From assembly GCA_964016885.1 (NCBI GenBank), contig OZ024764.1, positions 5,952,001-6,016,000 of the forward strand: a stretch of DNA of 64,000 nt, in the 5' to 3' direction. Numbering within the stretch: the first letter of the stretch is position 1; each line of letters starts with the position of its first letter. Of this stretch, positions 12,901 to 24,421 are shown piece by piece. The notes beneath the pieces were generated by a model that did no database searches, had not been told where the DNA came from, and saw only the letters and a program-made list of their open reading frames with translations. Source of the DNA: Eledone cirrhosa (lineage: Eukaryota). A program made the translations under genes and the position numbers.

Positions 12901-15900
12901 ATGGATGGTATGGACATGTGATGTGTATGGATGATGATTGTTGGGTGAAGATGTACCAGGAGTCCTCAGTGGGGGGAAGCTGCAGCAGAGGAAGACCAAG
13001 GAAGACCAGGGTAGAGGTGGTGTGAGCTGACCCCCAGATCACTGAAGCTCACAGTTGAGCTGACAAAGGAACAGAACAGGTGGAGGGAAGCTGCAGCAGA
13101 GGAAGACCAAGGAAGACCTGGGTAGAGGTGGCGAGAGCTGACCTCAGATCACTGAAGCTCACAGTTGAGCTGACAAAGGAACAGAACAGGTGGAGGGAAG
13201 CTACAGCAGAGGAAGACCAAGGAAGACCTGGGTAGAGGAGGTTTGAGCTGACCTCAGATCACTGAAGCTCACAGTTGAGCTGACAAAGGAACAGAACCGG
13301 TGGAGGGAAGCTGCAGTAGAGGAAGACCAAGGAAGACCAGGGTAGAGGTGGTGTGAGCTGACCCCCAGATCACTGAAGCTCACAGTTGAGCTGACAAAGG
13401 AACAGAACAGGTGGAGGGAAGCTACAGCAGAGGAAGACCAAGGAAGACCAGGGTAGAGGTGGTGTGAGCTGACCCCCAGATCACTGAAGCTCACAGTTGA
13501 GCTGACAAAGGAACAGAACAGGTGGAGGGAAGCTACAGCAGAGGAAGACCAAGGAAGACCAGGGTAGAGGTGGTGTGAGCTGACCCCCAGATCACTGAAG
13601 CTCACAGTTGAGCTGACAAAGGAACAGAACAGGTGGAGGGAAGCTGCAGCAGAGGAAGACCAAGGAAGACCTGGGTAGAGGTGGCGAGAGCTGACCTCAG
13701 ATCACTGAAGCTCACAGTTGAGCTGACAAAGGAACAGAACAGGTGGAGGGAAGCTACAGCAGAGGAAGACCAAGGAAGACCTGGGTAGAGGAGGTTTGAG
13801 CTGACCTCAGATCACTGAAGCTCACAGTTGAGCTGACAAAGGAACAGAACCGGTGGAGGGAAGCTGCAGTAGAGGAAGACCAAGGAAGACCAGGGTAGAG
13901 GTGGTGTGAGCTGACCCCCAGATCACTGAAGCTCACAGTTGAGCTGACAAAGGAACAGAACAGGTGGAGGGAAGCTGCAGCAGAGGAAGACCAAGGAAGA
14001 CCAGGGTAGAGGTGGTGTGAGCTGACCTCAGATCACCGAAGCTCACAGTTGAGCTGACAAAGGAACAGAACAGGTGGAGGGAAGCTGCAGCAGAGGAAGA
14101 CCAAGGAAGACCTGGGTAGAGGTGGTGTGAGCTGACCTCAGATCACTGAAGCTCACAGTTGAGCTGACAAAGGAACAGAACAGGTGGAGGGAAGCTGCAG
14201 CAGAGGAAGACCAAGGAAGACCTGAGTAGGGGTGGCGTGAGCTGACCTCAGATCACTGAAGCTCACAGTTGAGCTGACAAAGGAACAGAACAGGTGGAGG
14301 GAAGCTGCAGCAGAGGAAGACCAAGGAAGACCTGCGTAGAGGTGGTGTGAGCTAACCCCAGATCACTGAAGCTCACAGTTGAGCTGACAAAGGAACAGAA
14401 CAAGTGGAGGGAAGCTGCAGCAGAGGAAGACCAAGGAAGACCTGCGTAGAGGTGGTGTGAGCTGACCTCAGATCACTGAAGCTCACAGTTGAGCTGACAA
14501 AGGAACAGAACCGGTGGAGGGAAGCTGCAGTAGAGGAAGACCAAGGAAGACCTGGGTAGAGGTGGTGTGAGCTGACCTCAGATCACTGAAGCTCACAGTT
14601 GAGCTGACAAAGGAACAGAACAGGTGGAGGGAAGCTGCAGCAGAGGAAGACCAAGGAAGACCTGGGTAGAGGAGGTTTGAGCTGACCTCAGATCACTGAA
14701 GCTCACAGTTGAGCTGACAAAGGAACAGAACCGGTGGAGGGAAGCTGCAGTAGAGGAAGACCAAGGAAGACCTGGGTAGAGGTGGTGTGAGCTGACCTCA
14801 GATCACTGAAGCTCACAGTTGAGCTGACAAAGGAACAGAACAGGTGGAGGGAAGCTGCAGCAGAGGAAGACCAAGGAAGACCTGGGTAGTGGAGGTTTGA
14901 GCTGACCTCAGATCACTGAAGCTCACAGTTGAGCTGACAAAGGAACAGAACCGGTGGAGGGAAGCTGCAGTAGAGGAAGACCAAGGAAGACCTGGGTAGA
15001 GGTGGTGTGAGCTGACCTCAGATCACTGAAGCTCACAGTTGAGCTGACAAAGGAACAGAACAGGTGGAGGGAAGCTGCAGCAGAGGAAGACCAAGGAAGA
15101 CCTGGGTAGAGGAGGTTTGAGCTGACCTCAGATCACTGAAGCTCACAGTTGAGCTGACAAAGGAACAGAACCGGTGGAGGGAAGCTGCAGTAGAGGAAGA
15201 CCAAGGAAGACCTGGGTAGAGGTGGTGTGAGCTGACCTCAGATCACTAAAGCTCACAGTTGAGCTGACAAAGGAACAGAACAGGTGGAGGGAAGCTGCAG
15301 CAGAGGAAGACCAAGGAAGACCTGGGTAGAGGTGGTGTGAGCTGACCTCAGATCACTGAAGCTCACAGTTGAGCTGACAAAGGAACAGAACAGGTGAAGG
15401 GAAGCTGCAGTAGAGGAAGACCAAGGAAGACCTGGGTAGAGGTGGTGTGAGCTGACCTCAGATCACTGAAGCTCATAGTTGAGCTGACAAAGGAACAGAA
15501 CAGGTGGAGGGAAGCTGCAGCAGAGGAAGACCAAGGAAGACCTGGGTAGAGGTGGTGTGAGCTGACCTCAGATCACTGAAGCTCACAGTTGAGCTGACAA
15601 AGGAACAGAACAGGTGGAGGGAAGCTGCAGCAGAGAAAGACCAAGGAAGACCTGCGTAGAGGTGGCGAGAGCTGACCCCAGATCACTGAAGCTCACAATG
15701 GAACAGAACAGGTGGAGGGAAGCTGCAGCAGAGGAAGACCAAGGAAGACCTGGGTAGAGGTGGTGTGAGCTGACCTCAGATCACTGAAGCTCACAGTTGA
15801 GCTGACAAAGGAACAGAACAGGTGGAGGGAAGCTGCAGCAGAGGAAGACCAAGGAAGACCTGCGTAGAGGTGGTGTGAGCTGACCCCAGATCACTGAAGC

Positions 15901-17850
15901 TCACAGTTGAGCTGACAATGGAACAGGTGGAGGGAAGCTGCAGTAGAGGAAGACCAAGGAAGACCAGGGTAGCAGTGGTGTGAGCTGACCTCAGATCACT
16001 GAAGCTCACAGTTGAGCTGACAAAGGAACAGAACAGGTGGAGGGAAGCTGCAGCAGAGGAAGACCAAGGAAGACCTGCGTAGAGGTGGTGTGAGCTGACC
16101 CCATATCACTGAAGCTCACAGTTGAGCTGACAAAGGAACAGAACAGGTGGAGGGAAGCTGCAGTAGAGGAAGACCAAGGAAGACCTGGGTAGAGGTGGTG
16201 TGAGCTGACCCCAGGTCACTGAAGCCCACAGTTGAGCTGACAAAGGAACAGAACAGGTGGAGGGAAGCTGCAGTAGAGGAAGACCAAGGAAGACCTGGGT
16301 AGAGGTGGTGTGAGCTGACCCCAGATCACTGAAGCTCACAGTTGAGCTGACAAAGGAACAGAACAGGTGGAGGGAAGCTGCAGCAGAGGAAGACCAAGGA
16401 AGACCCGAGTAGAGGTGGTGTGAGCTGACCTCAGATCACTGAAGCTCACAGTTGAGCTGACAAAGGAACAGAACAGGTGGAGGGAAGCTGCAGCAGAGGA
16501 AGACCAAGGAAGACCTGCGTAGAGGTGGTGTGAGCTGACCCCAGATCACTGAAGCTCACAGTTGAGCTGACAATGGAACAGAACAGGTGGAGGGAAGCTG
16601 CAGCAGAGGAAGACCAAGGAAGACCTGGGTAGAGGTGGTGTGAGCTGACCTCAGATCACTGAAGCTCACAGTTGAGCTGACAAAGGAACAGAACAGGTGG
16701 AGGGAAGCTGCAGCAGAGGAAGACCAAGGAAGACCTGCGTAGAGGTGGTGTGAGCTGACCCCAGATCACTGAAGCTCACAGTTGAGCTGACAATGGAACA
16801 GGTGGAGGGAAGCTGCAGTAGAGGAAGACCAAGGAAGACCAGGGTAGCAGTGGTGTGAGCTGACCTCAGATCACTGAAGCTCACAGTTGAGCTGACAAAG
16901 GAACAGAACAGGTGGAGGGAAGCTGCAGCAGAGGAAGACCAAGGAAGACCTGCGTAGAGGTGGTGTGAGCTGACCCCAGATCACTGAAGCTCACAGTTGA
17001 GCTGACAATGGAACAGAACAGGTGGAGAGAAGCTGCAGTAGAGGAAGACCAAAGAAGACCTGGGTAGAGGTGGTGTGAGCTGACCTCAGATCACTGAAGC
17101 TCACAGTTGAGCTGACAAAGGAACAGAACAGGTGGAGGGAAGCTGCAGCAGAGGAAGACCAAGGAAGACCAGGGTAGAGGTGGTGTGAGCTGACCCCAGA
17201 TCACTGAAGCCCACAGTTGAGCTGACAAAGGAACAGAACAGGTGGAGGGAAGCTGCAGCAGAGGAAGACCAAGGAAGACCAGGGTAGAGGTGGTGTGAGC
17301 TGACCTCAGATCACTGAAGCTCACAGTTGAGCTGACAAAGGAACAGAACAGGAGGAGGGAAGCTGCAGTAGAGGAAGACCAGGGTAGAGATGGTGTGAGC
17401 TGACCCCAGATCACTGAAGCCCACAGTTGAGCTGACAAAGGAACAGAACAGGTGGAGGGAAGCTGCAGTAGAGGAAGACCAAGGAAGACCTGGGTAGCAG
17501 TGGCGTGAGCTGACCTCAGATCACTGAAGCTCACAGTTGAGCTGACAATGGAACAGAACAGGTGGAGGGAAGCTGCAGCAGAGAAAGACCAAGGAAGACC
17601 AGCGTAGAGGTGGTGTGAGCTGACCCCAGATCACTGAAGCTCACAGTTGAGCTGACAAAGGAACAGAACAGGTGGAGGGAAGCTGCAGTAGAGGAAGACC
17701 AAGGAAGACCAGGGTAGCAGTGGTGTGAGCTGACCTCAGATCACAGCTGAGATGACAAAGAGCTGTGACTAGTGGAGAGATTCTGTGCTGGAAAGGACCA
17801 ATCAAACCCGTGCAAACATGGAAAAATGGATGCAAAATGGCAATGAGGAT
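12900..17850 (+). repeat. 110/111-bp minisatellite (about 43 copies, 12972-17745) amplified inside the 3' end of an old RTE LINE
   Basis: Unit translates [36 protein letters not shown], matching [40 protein letters not shown]. Flanks give WYGHVMCMDDDCWVK upstream and VLERTNQTRANMEK + (GAT)n downstream. Confidence 0.92.
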
Positions 17851-18220
17851 GATGATACTGGTGGTGGCTGTGATGGTGACAATGATGATGGTGGTGGTGG
17901 AGGTGGTGATGCTAGTGGTGGTGATAATGATGATGATGGTGGAGGTGGTGATAATGATGAAGATGGTGGAGGTGGTGATAATGATGATAGTGACTGTGAT
18001 GGTGGAGGTGGGGATGATGATGGTGCTGGTGGTGGCGACGGTGACTGTGATGGTGATAATGATGGTGATGGTGATAATGATGATGATGGTGGTGGAGGTG
18101 GTGATGGCGGTGACTGTGATGGTGGCGATGGTGACAATTGTTGTAATGGTGATGATGGTGGTGTTGTTGGTGATGATGATGGTAATGGTAATGATGATGA
18201 TGGTGGTTGTGATGATGACA
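17850..18220. repeat. (GAT/GGT)n low-complexity repeat
   Basis: Degenerate trinucleotide run abutting the donor of the 126-bp exon. Confidence 0.9.
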
Positions 18221-18232
18221 ATGCTAGCTCAC

Positions 18233-18358
18233 CTGAGAATATTGTCCAAGGTAAGGAAGACCACATGTCCATCATAATTACTACCTGGATGCCAGGCAAC
18301 CTGTAGGAGTCGGATATCGGCATGGCTGACAAAAAATCTCTCGGCCAGGGGAAATGTT
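18233..18358 (-). CDS. NUP88: Nup88-like nucleoporin, internal exon (126 bp, equivalent to vertebrate exon 3)
   Basis: TTTATTTCAG acceptor, AG|GTGAGC donor, phase 2/2 matching its neighbours. Translates (R)TFPLAERFFVSHADIRLLQVAWHPGSNYDGHVVFLTLDNIL(R), versus human [38 protein letters not shown]. This frame is absent from the ORF track. Confidence 0.92.
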
Positions 18359-18417
18359 CTGAAATAAAGAGAAGTGTAAGTAAACAAGTTAAAATTAACT
18401 TTGTTTATTCATATTCA

Positions 18418-18474
18418 CTGTTATATACATTTCGGTGGTAACCATTATTCAACAGCTATGACCTCATCAGACAG
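18418..18474 (-). ncRNA. type I hammerhead ribozyme motif, sense to Nup88
   Basis: Minus: CTGT-CTGATGA-GGT(..)ACC-GAAA-TGTATA-TA-ACAG, with AATAAA about 10 nt downstream. Confidence 0.75.
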
Positions 18475-18610
18475 CTAGAACTTGAACAGAAAAAACATAA
18501 TGGAATAAAGCTTACAATTCTTTTATATATGCTCAGTGCTGAAGTATGGTGTTTTCTCAAAGCACTGGTCGCATATATAGATGTATGTGTGTGTATATAT
18601 ATATATATAT

Positions 18611-18952
18611 AAGAATTAAAATACTAGAGTGCGTTGGAGTAAGATTTTTGATGTATTGAAGGCTTCTTTGTCTATTTTTATAATTTTTCGGTTCAACGTG
18701 GGTTTGACACTTCCTTGCCATATAATCTATTTTTGTAACTGCAAACTTTTAGCTTTAGCATGCTTTTCCTTCATATCTCTCATAAGCTTTCCTAGATATG
18801 AATTCCCTATTCTTCTGAGTTTTGGGTTGTTCTGGCCGTTAATGCTTCTTATCTGTTTAATTGCCCTGATGAGTCCTTATTAATGGGACGAAACATTGTA
18901 GGCTAATAAAGATTTTTGATGTATTGAAGGCTTCTTTGTCTATTTTTATAAT
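18611..18952 (+). mobile_element. retrozyme/pLTR-like module: 44-bp direct repeats 268 bp apart enclosing an HHR, in (TA)n
   Basis: AAGATTTTTGATGTATTGAAGGCTTCTTTGTCTATTTTTATAAT at 18641-18684 and 18909-18952. Confidence 0.7.
18863..18903 (+). ncRNA. minimal type I hammerhead ribozyme
   Basis: GCC-CTGATGA-GTCCT TATTAAT GGGAC-GAAAC-ATT-GTA-GGC, then TAATAAA. The core is fully canonical, with a GUA cleavage triplet. Confidence 0.85.
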
Positions 18953-19220
18953 ATATATATATAAATGTTTGAAGTTAGAAGACCAGAACACTGCAGGTAT
19001 GGATATAGAATATAAATAAAAATGCAAAAGATATCGCTGACAATTAGTCTTTTAACTTAAATTTATTTGAATATTCAAATAAATTTATTTGGATACATAT
19101 ACACACACGAACCAATCAACCAACCAGCCGGAAAATTATAATTGAAGTGAAAACCAGGTGGTGTGTGTGTTTTTATTGGCAACATGACCCTCCCAAAGTA
19201 TAACAATATATATATATATA

Positions 19221-19615
19221 ATCATCATCATCATCATCATTTTACGTCTGCCTTTCCCTGCTTGCAAGAGTGGGGCGGGAACTGATTCTGGCTTGATTTC
19301 TACAGCTGGATGCCCTTCCTAACACCAACCTCATTTACAGTGAGTGCTGGGTGCTTTTTTGCCATGGCGCCTACACGTCCACTTTACAGTGTGGGCTGGG
19401 TGCTTTTTTGCTGTGGCACCTCCACGACCACTTTGCAGTGGAATGATAGGGACCCCAGTCCCTATCATCTCATTTCTACATTTCTACAGATGAGTAAACT
19501 GGAGCAATGTGAAATAAAATGTCTTGCTCAAGGAAACATCACCCGGTCTGAGAATTGAACTCACAACCTTTCGATTGCAAGGCCAATGCTCTAACCACTA
19601 AGCCATGTGCCTCCA
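19221..19615 (-). mobile_element. tRNA-derived SINE family B with RTE-derived 3' tail
   Basis: Reverse complement of the 30629 element, with a (CAT)n tail. Confidence 0.88.
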
Positions 19616-19993
19616 CATTATATATATATATTATACATATATGCGAGAAAAACCACAAACCCTCCATCTCAAAGGAACCAAATAAATATTCTTAAAAAGA
19701 CTCCAGTTGCATTTTCGATTTCATCTTTTTTCTTTATACTTTCACTCATGTAGGACATCTCGTTTTTTTTTTACATTTTGGAAAAATTATTCGTTTTTTC
19801 CCGTTCTTTGCCAGCGAACGTTACCACGAACCAAAGTATCGTCTTCCTGTCTTCCTTCGGTTGCAACGTTTTTTGAAATATCCAGTTCTGCGTTTACAGA
19901 TTGACTTTGTTAGTTTCAGAAGATCCCGTTAAGGGTGAAAGCAGCGATTCTTTGCTTAAACTTTAATCTGTTATTTTAATAAATATATATATA

Positions 19994-21710
19994 TCATCAT
20001 CATCATCATTTTACGTCCGCCTTTCCCTGCTTGCAAGGGTGGGACGGGTCTTATTCAGCACAGCATCTCTCCACTCGTAACGGTCCCTCGTCATCTCCAC
20101 CGTGAGCTTCAATGATCTGAGGTCTGTTCTCACCACCTCCGCCCATGTTTTTCGTGGTCTACCTCTACCACGTCTTCCTTCAACTGGCATTTCCCGGCAC
20201 TTCTTCACCCATCGGTCATCCTCCATGCGCATCACATGTCCATACCACCTCAGTCTCCTCTCCCGTACTCTACATTCTATCCCTCTCAGACACAGTTTCT
20301 CTCTCAACACATTTATGCTGGGTCGTTCACGCACATTTACACTGCACATCCAACGGAGCATGCTTGCCTCATTTCTCTCCAGCCGTCGCATATCTTCTGC
20401 GGTAGCTGCCCATGTCTCACTACCATGCAGCATCGCGCTCCTCACACAGGCATCATACAACCGGCCTTTCGTACGCAGGGAGAAACCCTTCTTCGTCAAC
20501 AGAGGAAGCAGCTCCCTAAACTTCTTCCAACCCGTCCTTATTCTAGATACTATGGCCTCGGAACACCCTCCTCCCATGCTAATCTGATCTCCTAGGTACC
20601 GGAAGCTATCCACCACTTCTATAGCGCCCTCTCGCATTTGAAAAATGTGTCTATCACTGCGACTTCTACTGTCTAATTTCCCTGTACATCTACTGCATAC
20701 ATATTTCTCCCTACCTGTTAGTTTGCCTGCTATCCCGCTACATCTCTTGTGTACCCAGGACCTACATTGTGTGCATTTTATAGAATTTATGCCAGTTCCT
20801 TTTCTGCATATCGAACATGGCCATTTCCCTGACGGAATCAGGGTTTTGTCCTCTTTTCTACTCATCAACACTTTTGTCTTAGCTAGATTTACTCTCAGTC
20901 CTCTTGCTTCCAACTGCTGTTTCCATAGCCGGAATTTATTCTCTAGCTCCTCTACTGATTCTGCCATAAGAGCCAGATCGTCAGCATAGAGAAGTTCCCA
21001 TGAACAGCCAGTCTTAAACTCCTCTGTTATGGCTTGGAGGACTATAATGAACAAGAGCGGGCTGAGGACCGAACCCTGATGTACTCCTACTTGTATCTGG
21101 AATTCCTCACTAAACTCCATTCCTACCCTGACTTTACTGAGAGTACCTCTGTACAAAGTTTGCACTGTCCTTACAAGCCATTCCTCAACACCCAGCTTCC
21201 TTAGGGACCACCAGATGACAGATCGGGGTACCCTATCAAAGGCCTTCTCTAGGTCAACAAAGGCTAAGTATAGTGGCTTATTCTTCTCTAAGAACCTCTC
21301 TTGCATTTGTCTCACCAAGAAGAGGGCATCTGTTGTACTCTTCCCAGGCACAAAACCAAACTGCATCTCATCTAGTTTGACCCTTTCTCTAATTAGTTGT
21401 GCTAAAATCCTTTCTGCCACTTTCATAACCTGATCTATCAGTTTTATACCCCTATAATTGCTCCTCTCCAAAGCATCCCCTTTACCTTTGTAGCAATTTA
21501 TGAGAATACTGCTGCACCAGTCTTTGGGTATGACACCACCATATATAGCCTGATTGATTATGCGTGCAACCAGTTTAGTGCCTACATCCCCTGATGCCTT
21601 CAGCATCTCAGCAACTATTCCCGATGGTCCGGCCGCCTTACCATTTTTCATTTCCCTAATCGCCTCTTGGACCCTATATTCGTCAATCTCAATAGCTGGT
21701 CCCTCTGTCC
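19994..21710 (-). mobile_element. 5'-truncated RTE-clade LINE; RT and C-terminal ORF uninterrupted
   Basis: RT motifs QFGF, FVDLEKAFDRV, GVHQGSVLSPLLF and LLYADD, a PHD-like Cys/His cluster, RLRWYGHVMR, and an (ATG)n tail. No endonuclease domain. Confidence 0.95.
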
Positions 21711-21731
21711 CGCTATATATATATATATGTG

Positions 21732-21860
21732 TGTCCAGAAATAGCCGTCGAAACTGCTTGAGCTCTGCCGTCGGGGTCATACTTTCTCCTATTACCCACT
21801 CTACTACCCTAAGTATTGAGTACTCTGGTGCTTTATGGTCCATCTGGTTCCTTACCACAA
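21732..21860 (+). mobile_element. Penelope-like terminal fragment (3' half of the 1801-type HHR)
   Basis: GTCCAGAAATAGCCGTCGAAAC..GAGCTCTGCCGTCGGGGTC..GGTTCCTTACCACA, flanked by TA. Confidence 0.7.
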
Positions 21861-21994
21861 CTGCTCCGCTATATATATCTATATCTATATATATATAGGC
21901 ATGAGTGATGACTCTAGTTGTTATTTATAACAATTGACTATTACAGTTATTTTCTGCTTTTGGAGTTCTCACATTTTCCCACAGACATACATTG

Positions 21995-22110
21995 TGAAGG
22001 CGTGTGGCTGAATGGAAAGAGAATTGGATTCGCAATCGTGAGGTTGTGAGTTTGATTCCCAGACCAGGCATGTGTTATGTCCCAGGGCAAGACATTTATT
22101 TCACGTTGCT
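21995..22110 (+). mobile_element. tRNA-SINE head fragment
   Basis: TGAAGGCGTGTGGCTGAATGG..GAGTTTGATTCC..GGGCAAGACATTTATTTCACGTTGCTC. Confidence 0.7.
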
Positions 22111-22389
22111 CTTTCTACCTGTTTGTTCGTCTGATTTGACGGTGGTGGTGGTAGTGTGGTAATGGTGGTGCGATGGTGAGGTAGTGTTGTATGTAGTGTT
22201 GTGGTGGTGTGGTAGTGTGGTAGGTGTGGTAGTGGTAGTAGGTGTGGTTGTGGTGGTGTGGTAGTAGAGGTGGGTGTGTGGGGTTGGTGGGGGTTGGTGG
22301 TGGTGGTGTGGTAGTGGTGGTAGGTGTGGTAGTGGTAGCAGGTGTGGTTGTGGTGGTGGTGTGGTAGTGGTGATAATGGTTGTGGTGAT

Positions 22390-22810
22390 GAGACAGTACC
22401 CCATGTGAGTGAGTGTAAGTAAAATGAGAGTTTTCTGTGTGAATGAAGGTAAAACAAGACATGCCCTTTGAGTGTGGGTAAACTGAGACAGTACTCAGTG
22501 TGAGTGTAGGTAAAATGAGACAGTCCTGTGTGAGTGTAGTTATAGGTAAAATGAGACAGTACCCTGTGTGAGTGTAGGTAAAATGAGACAGTACCCTGTG
22601 AGTGAAGGTAAAATGAGACAGTACCCTGTGTGAGTGAAGGTAAAATGAGACAGTACTGTGAGTGAAGGTAAAATGAGACAGTACCCTGTGAGTGAAGGTA
22701 AAATGAGACAGTACCTTGTGAGTGAAGGTAGAATGAGACAGTACGCTGTGAGTGAAGGTAAAATGAGACAGTACCCTGTGAGTGAAGGTAAAATGAGAGT
22801 CCCCTGTGAG
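22390..22810. repeat. about 30-bp minisatellite next to the exon donor
   Basis: Unit GAGACAGTACCCTGTGAGTGAAGGTAAAAT. Confidence 0.9.
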
Positions 22811-22824
22811 AGGGTGCTACCTAC

Positions 22825-22994
22825 CTAGCCTCTATGTTGTGTTTACCACCTCCATGCATGTCATTCTTGCCATACTGTTGTGGCATCTGCATGACAGATA
22901 TTCCCACTTGACCCCATACTGCCAAATATTGACCTGTCTTGTTAAACAGGATCTGTTCCACAGTGAACCCCACATCTGAACTAGGGATCAGCAC
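22825..22994 (-). CDS. NUP88: Nup88-like nucleoporin, internal exon (170 bp, equivalent to vertebrate exon 2)
   Basis: Polypyrimidine tract + CAG acceptor, AG|GTAGGT donor. Translates VLIPSSDVGFTVEQILFNKTGQYLAVWGQVGISVMQMPQQYGKNDMHGGGKHNIEA(R), resembling human NUP88 [42 protein letters not shown] (recalled, not searched). Ends in phase 2. Confidence 0.9.
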
Positions 22995-23104
22995 CTGGTA
23001 GAGGAAAAAAGAACAGAAAAAGAAAACAACAATATAAGAGAATAAAGAAAAATAAAAGTCATGAAGGCCACAACACAAATCATCATCATCAATATTATTA
23101 CCAT

Positions 23105-23320
23105 ACACACTGTGGCCGTGTAGGCAACACGGTAAAAACCTCCCAGCCCCACACTGTAAATGTGGTTGGTGTTAGGAAGGGCATCCAACTGTAGAAAACC
23201 CGCCAGACAGTCCTATGCGAGCAAGACAACCACTCTTGCCTCAAGTGGGAAAACCCCCGTCCAAACCCATGCAAGCGTGGAACACGGACGCTAAACCTGA
23301 TGATGATGATGATGATGATG
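23105..23320 (+). mobile_element. SINE 3' portion with (GAT)n tail
   Basis: GTGGTTGGTGTTAGGAAGGGCATCCAACTGTAGAAAACC. Related copies on the minus strand at 26303-26517, 26595-26740 and 31217-31420. Confidence 0.75.
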
Positions 23321-23326
23321 ACACAC

Positions 23327-23363
<37 letters not shown>

Positions 23364-23364
<1 letters not shown>

Positions 23365-23951
23365 ATCATCATCATCATCATTTTACGTCCGCTTTTCCCT
23401 GCTTGCAAGGGTGGGACGGGTCTTATTCAGCACAGCATCTCTCCACCGTGAGCTTCAATGATCTGAGGTCTGTTCTCACCACCTCCGCCCATGTTTTTCG
23501 TGGTCTACCTCTACCACGTCTTCCTTCAACTGGCATTTCCTGGCACTTCTTCACCCATCGGTCATCCTCCATGCGCATCACATGTCCATACCACCTCAGT
23601 CTCCTCTCCCGTACACTACATTCTATCCCTCTCAGACACAGTTTCTCTCTCAACACATTTATGCTGGGTCGTTCACGCACATTTACACTGCACATCCAAC
23701 GGAGCATGCTTGCCTCATTTCTCTCCAGCTGTCGCATATCTTCTGCGGTAGCTGCCCATGTCTCACTACCATGCAGCATCGCGCTCCTCACACAGGCATC
23801 ATACAACCGGCCTTTCGTACGCAGGGGGAAACCCTTCTTCGTCAACAGAGGAAGCAGCTCCCTAAACTTCTTCCAACCCGTCCTTATTCTAGATACTATG
23901 GCCTCGGAACACCCTCCTCCCATGCTAATCTGATCTCCTAGGTACCGGAAG

Positions 23952-23952
<1 letters not shown>
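23364..23952 (-). mobile_element. 5'-truncated RTE LINE 3' end between (TA)n tracts
   Basis: Near-identical to 20000-20610, with a small internal deletion. Confidence 0.95.
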
Positions 23953-24024
<72 letters not shown>

Positions 24025-24107
24025 GGAGGTGAGTTTTATTGTAGTACAATAAAGCAATGCAGATATCGGATAAGAAGCACTCTACAGTTTGTAGGACTGG
24101 AGTATAC

Positions 24108-24421
24108 ATAATATAAGATCAAAAGATGGTTAAAGGAGTTCCATGTATTTTATTATGCGCATTTCAAAAACAAACATCATCATGCAATAATATTTGTGTT
24201 TTCATCAGATAAAACAGGAGAACATGATATGAAGGCTAAAAAACACTTGTGGATAGTGCATATGGTGATTTAAAACTGCACTATCCACAAGTGTTTTTTA
24301 GCCTTCATATCATGTTCTCCTGTTTTATCTGATGAAAACACAAATATTATTGCATGATGATGTTTGTTTTTGAAATGTGCATAATAAAATACATGGAACT
24401 CCTTTAACCATCTTTTGATCT

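Noticed and set aside
21711-21858. N-terminus of the 615-aa RT ORF
   Set aside because: Fortuitous read-through from a PLE-like fragment and a TA run. LINE homology stops at about 21710.
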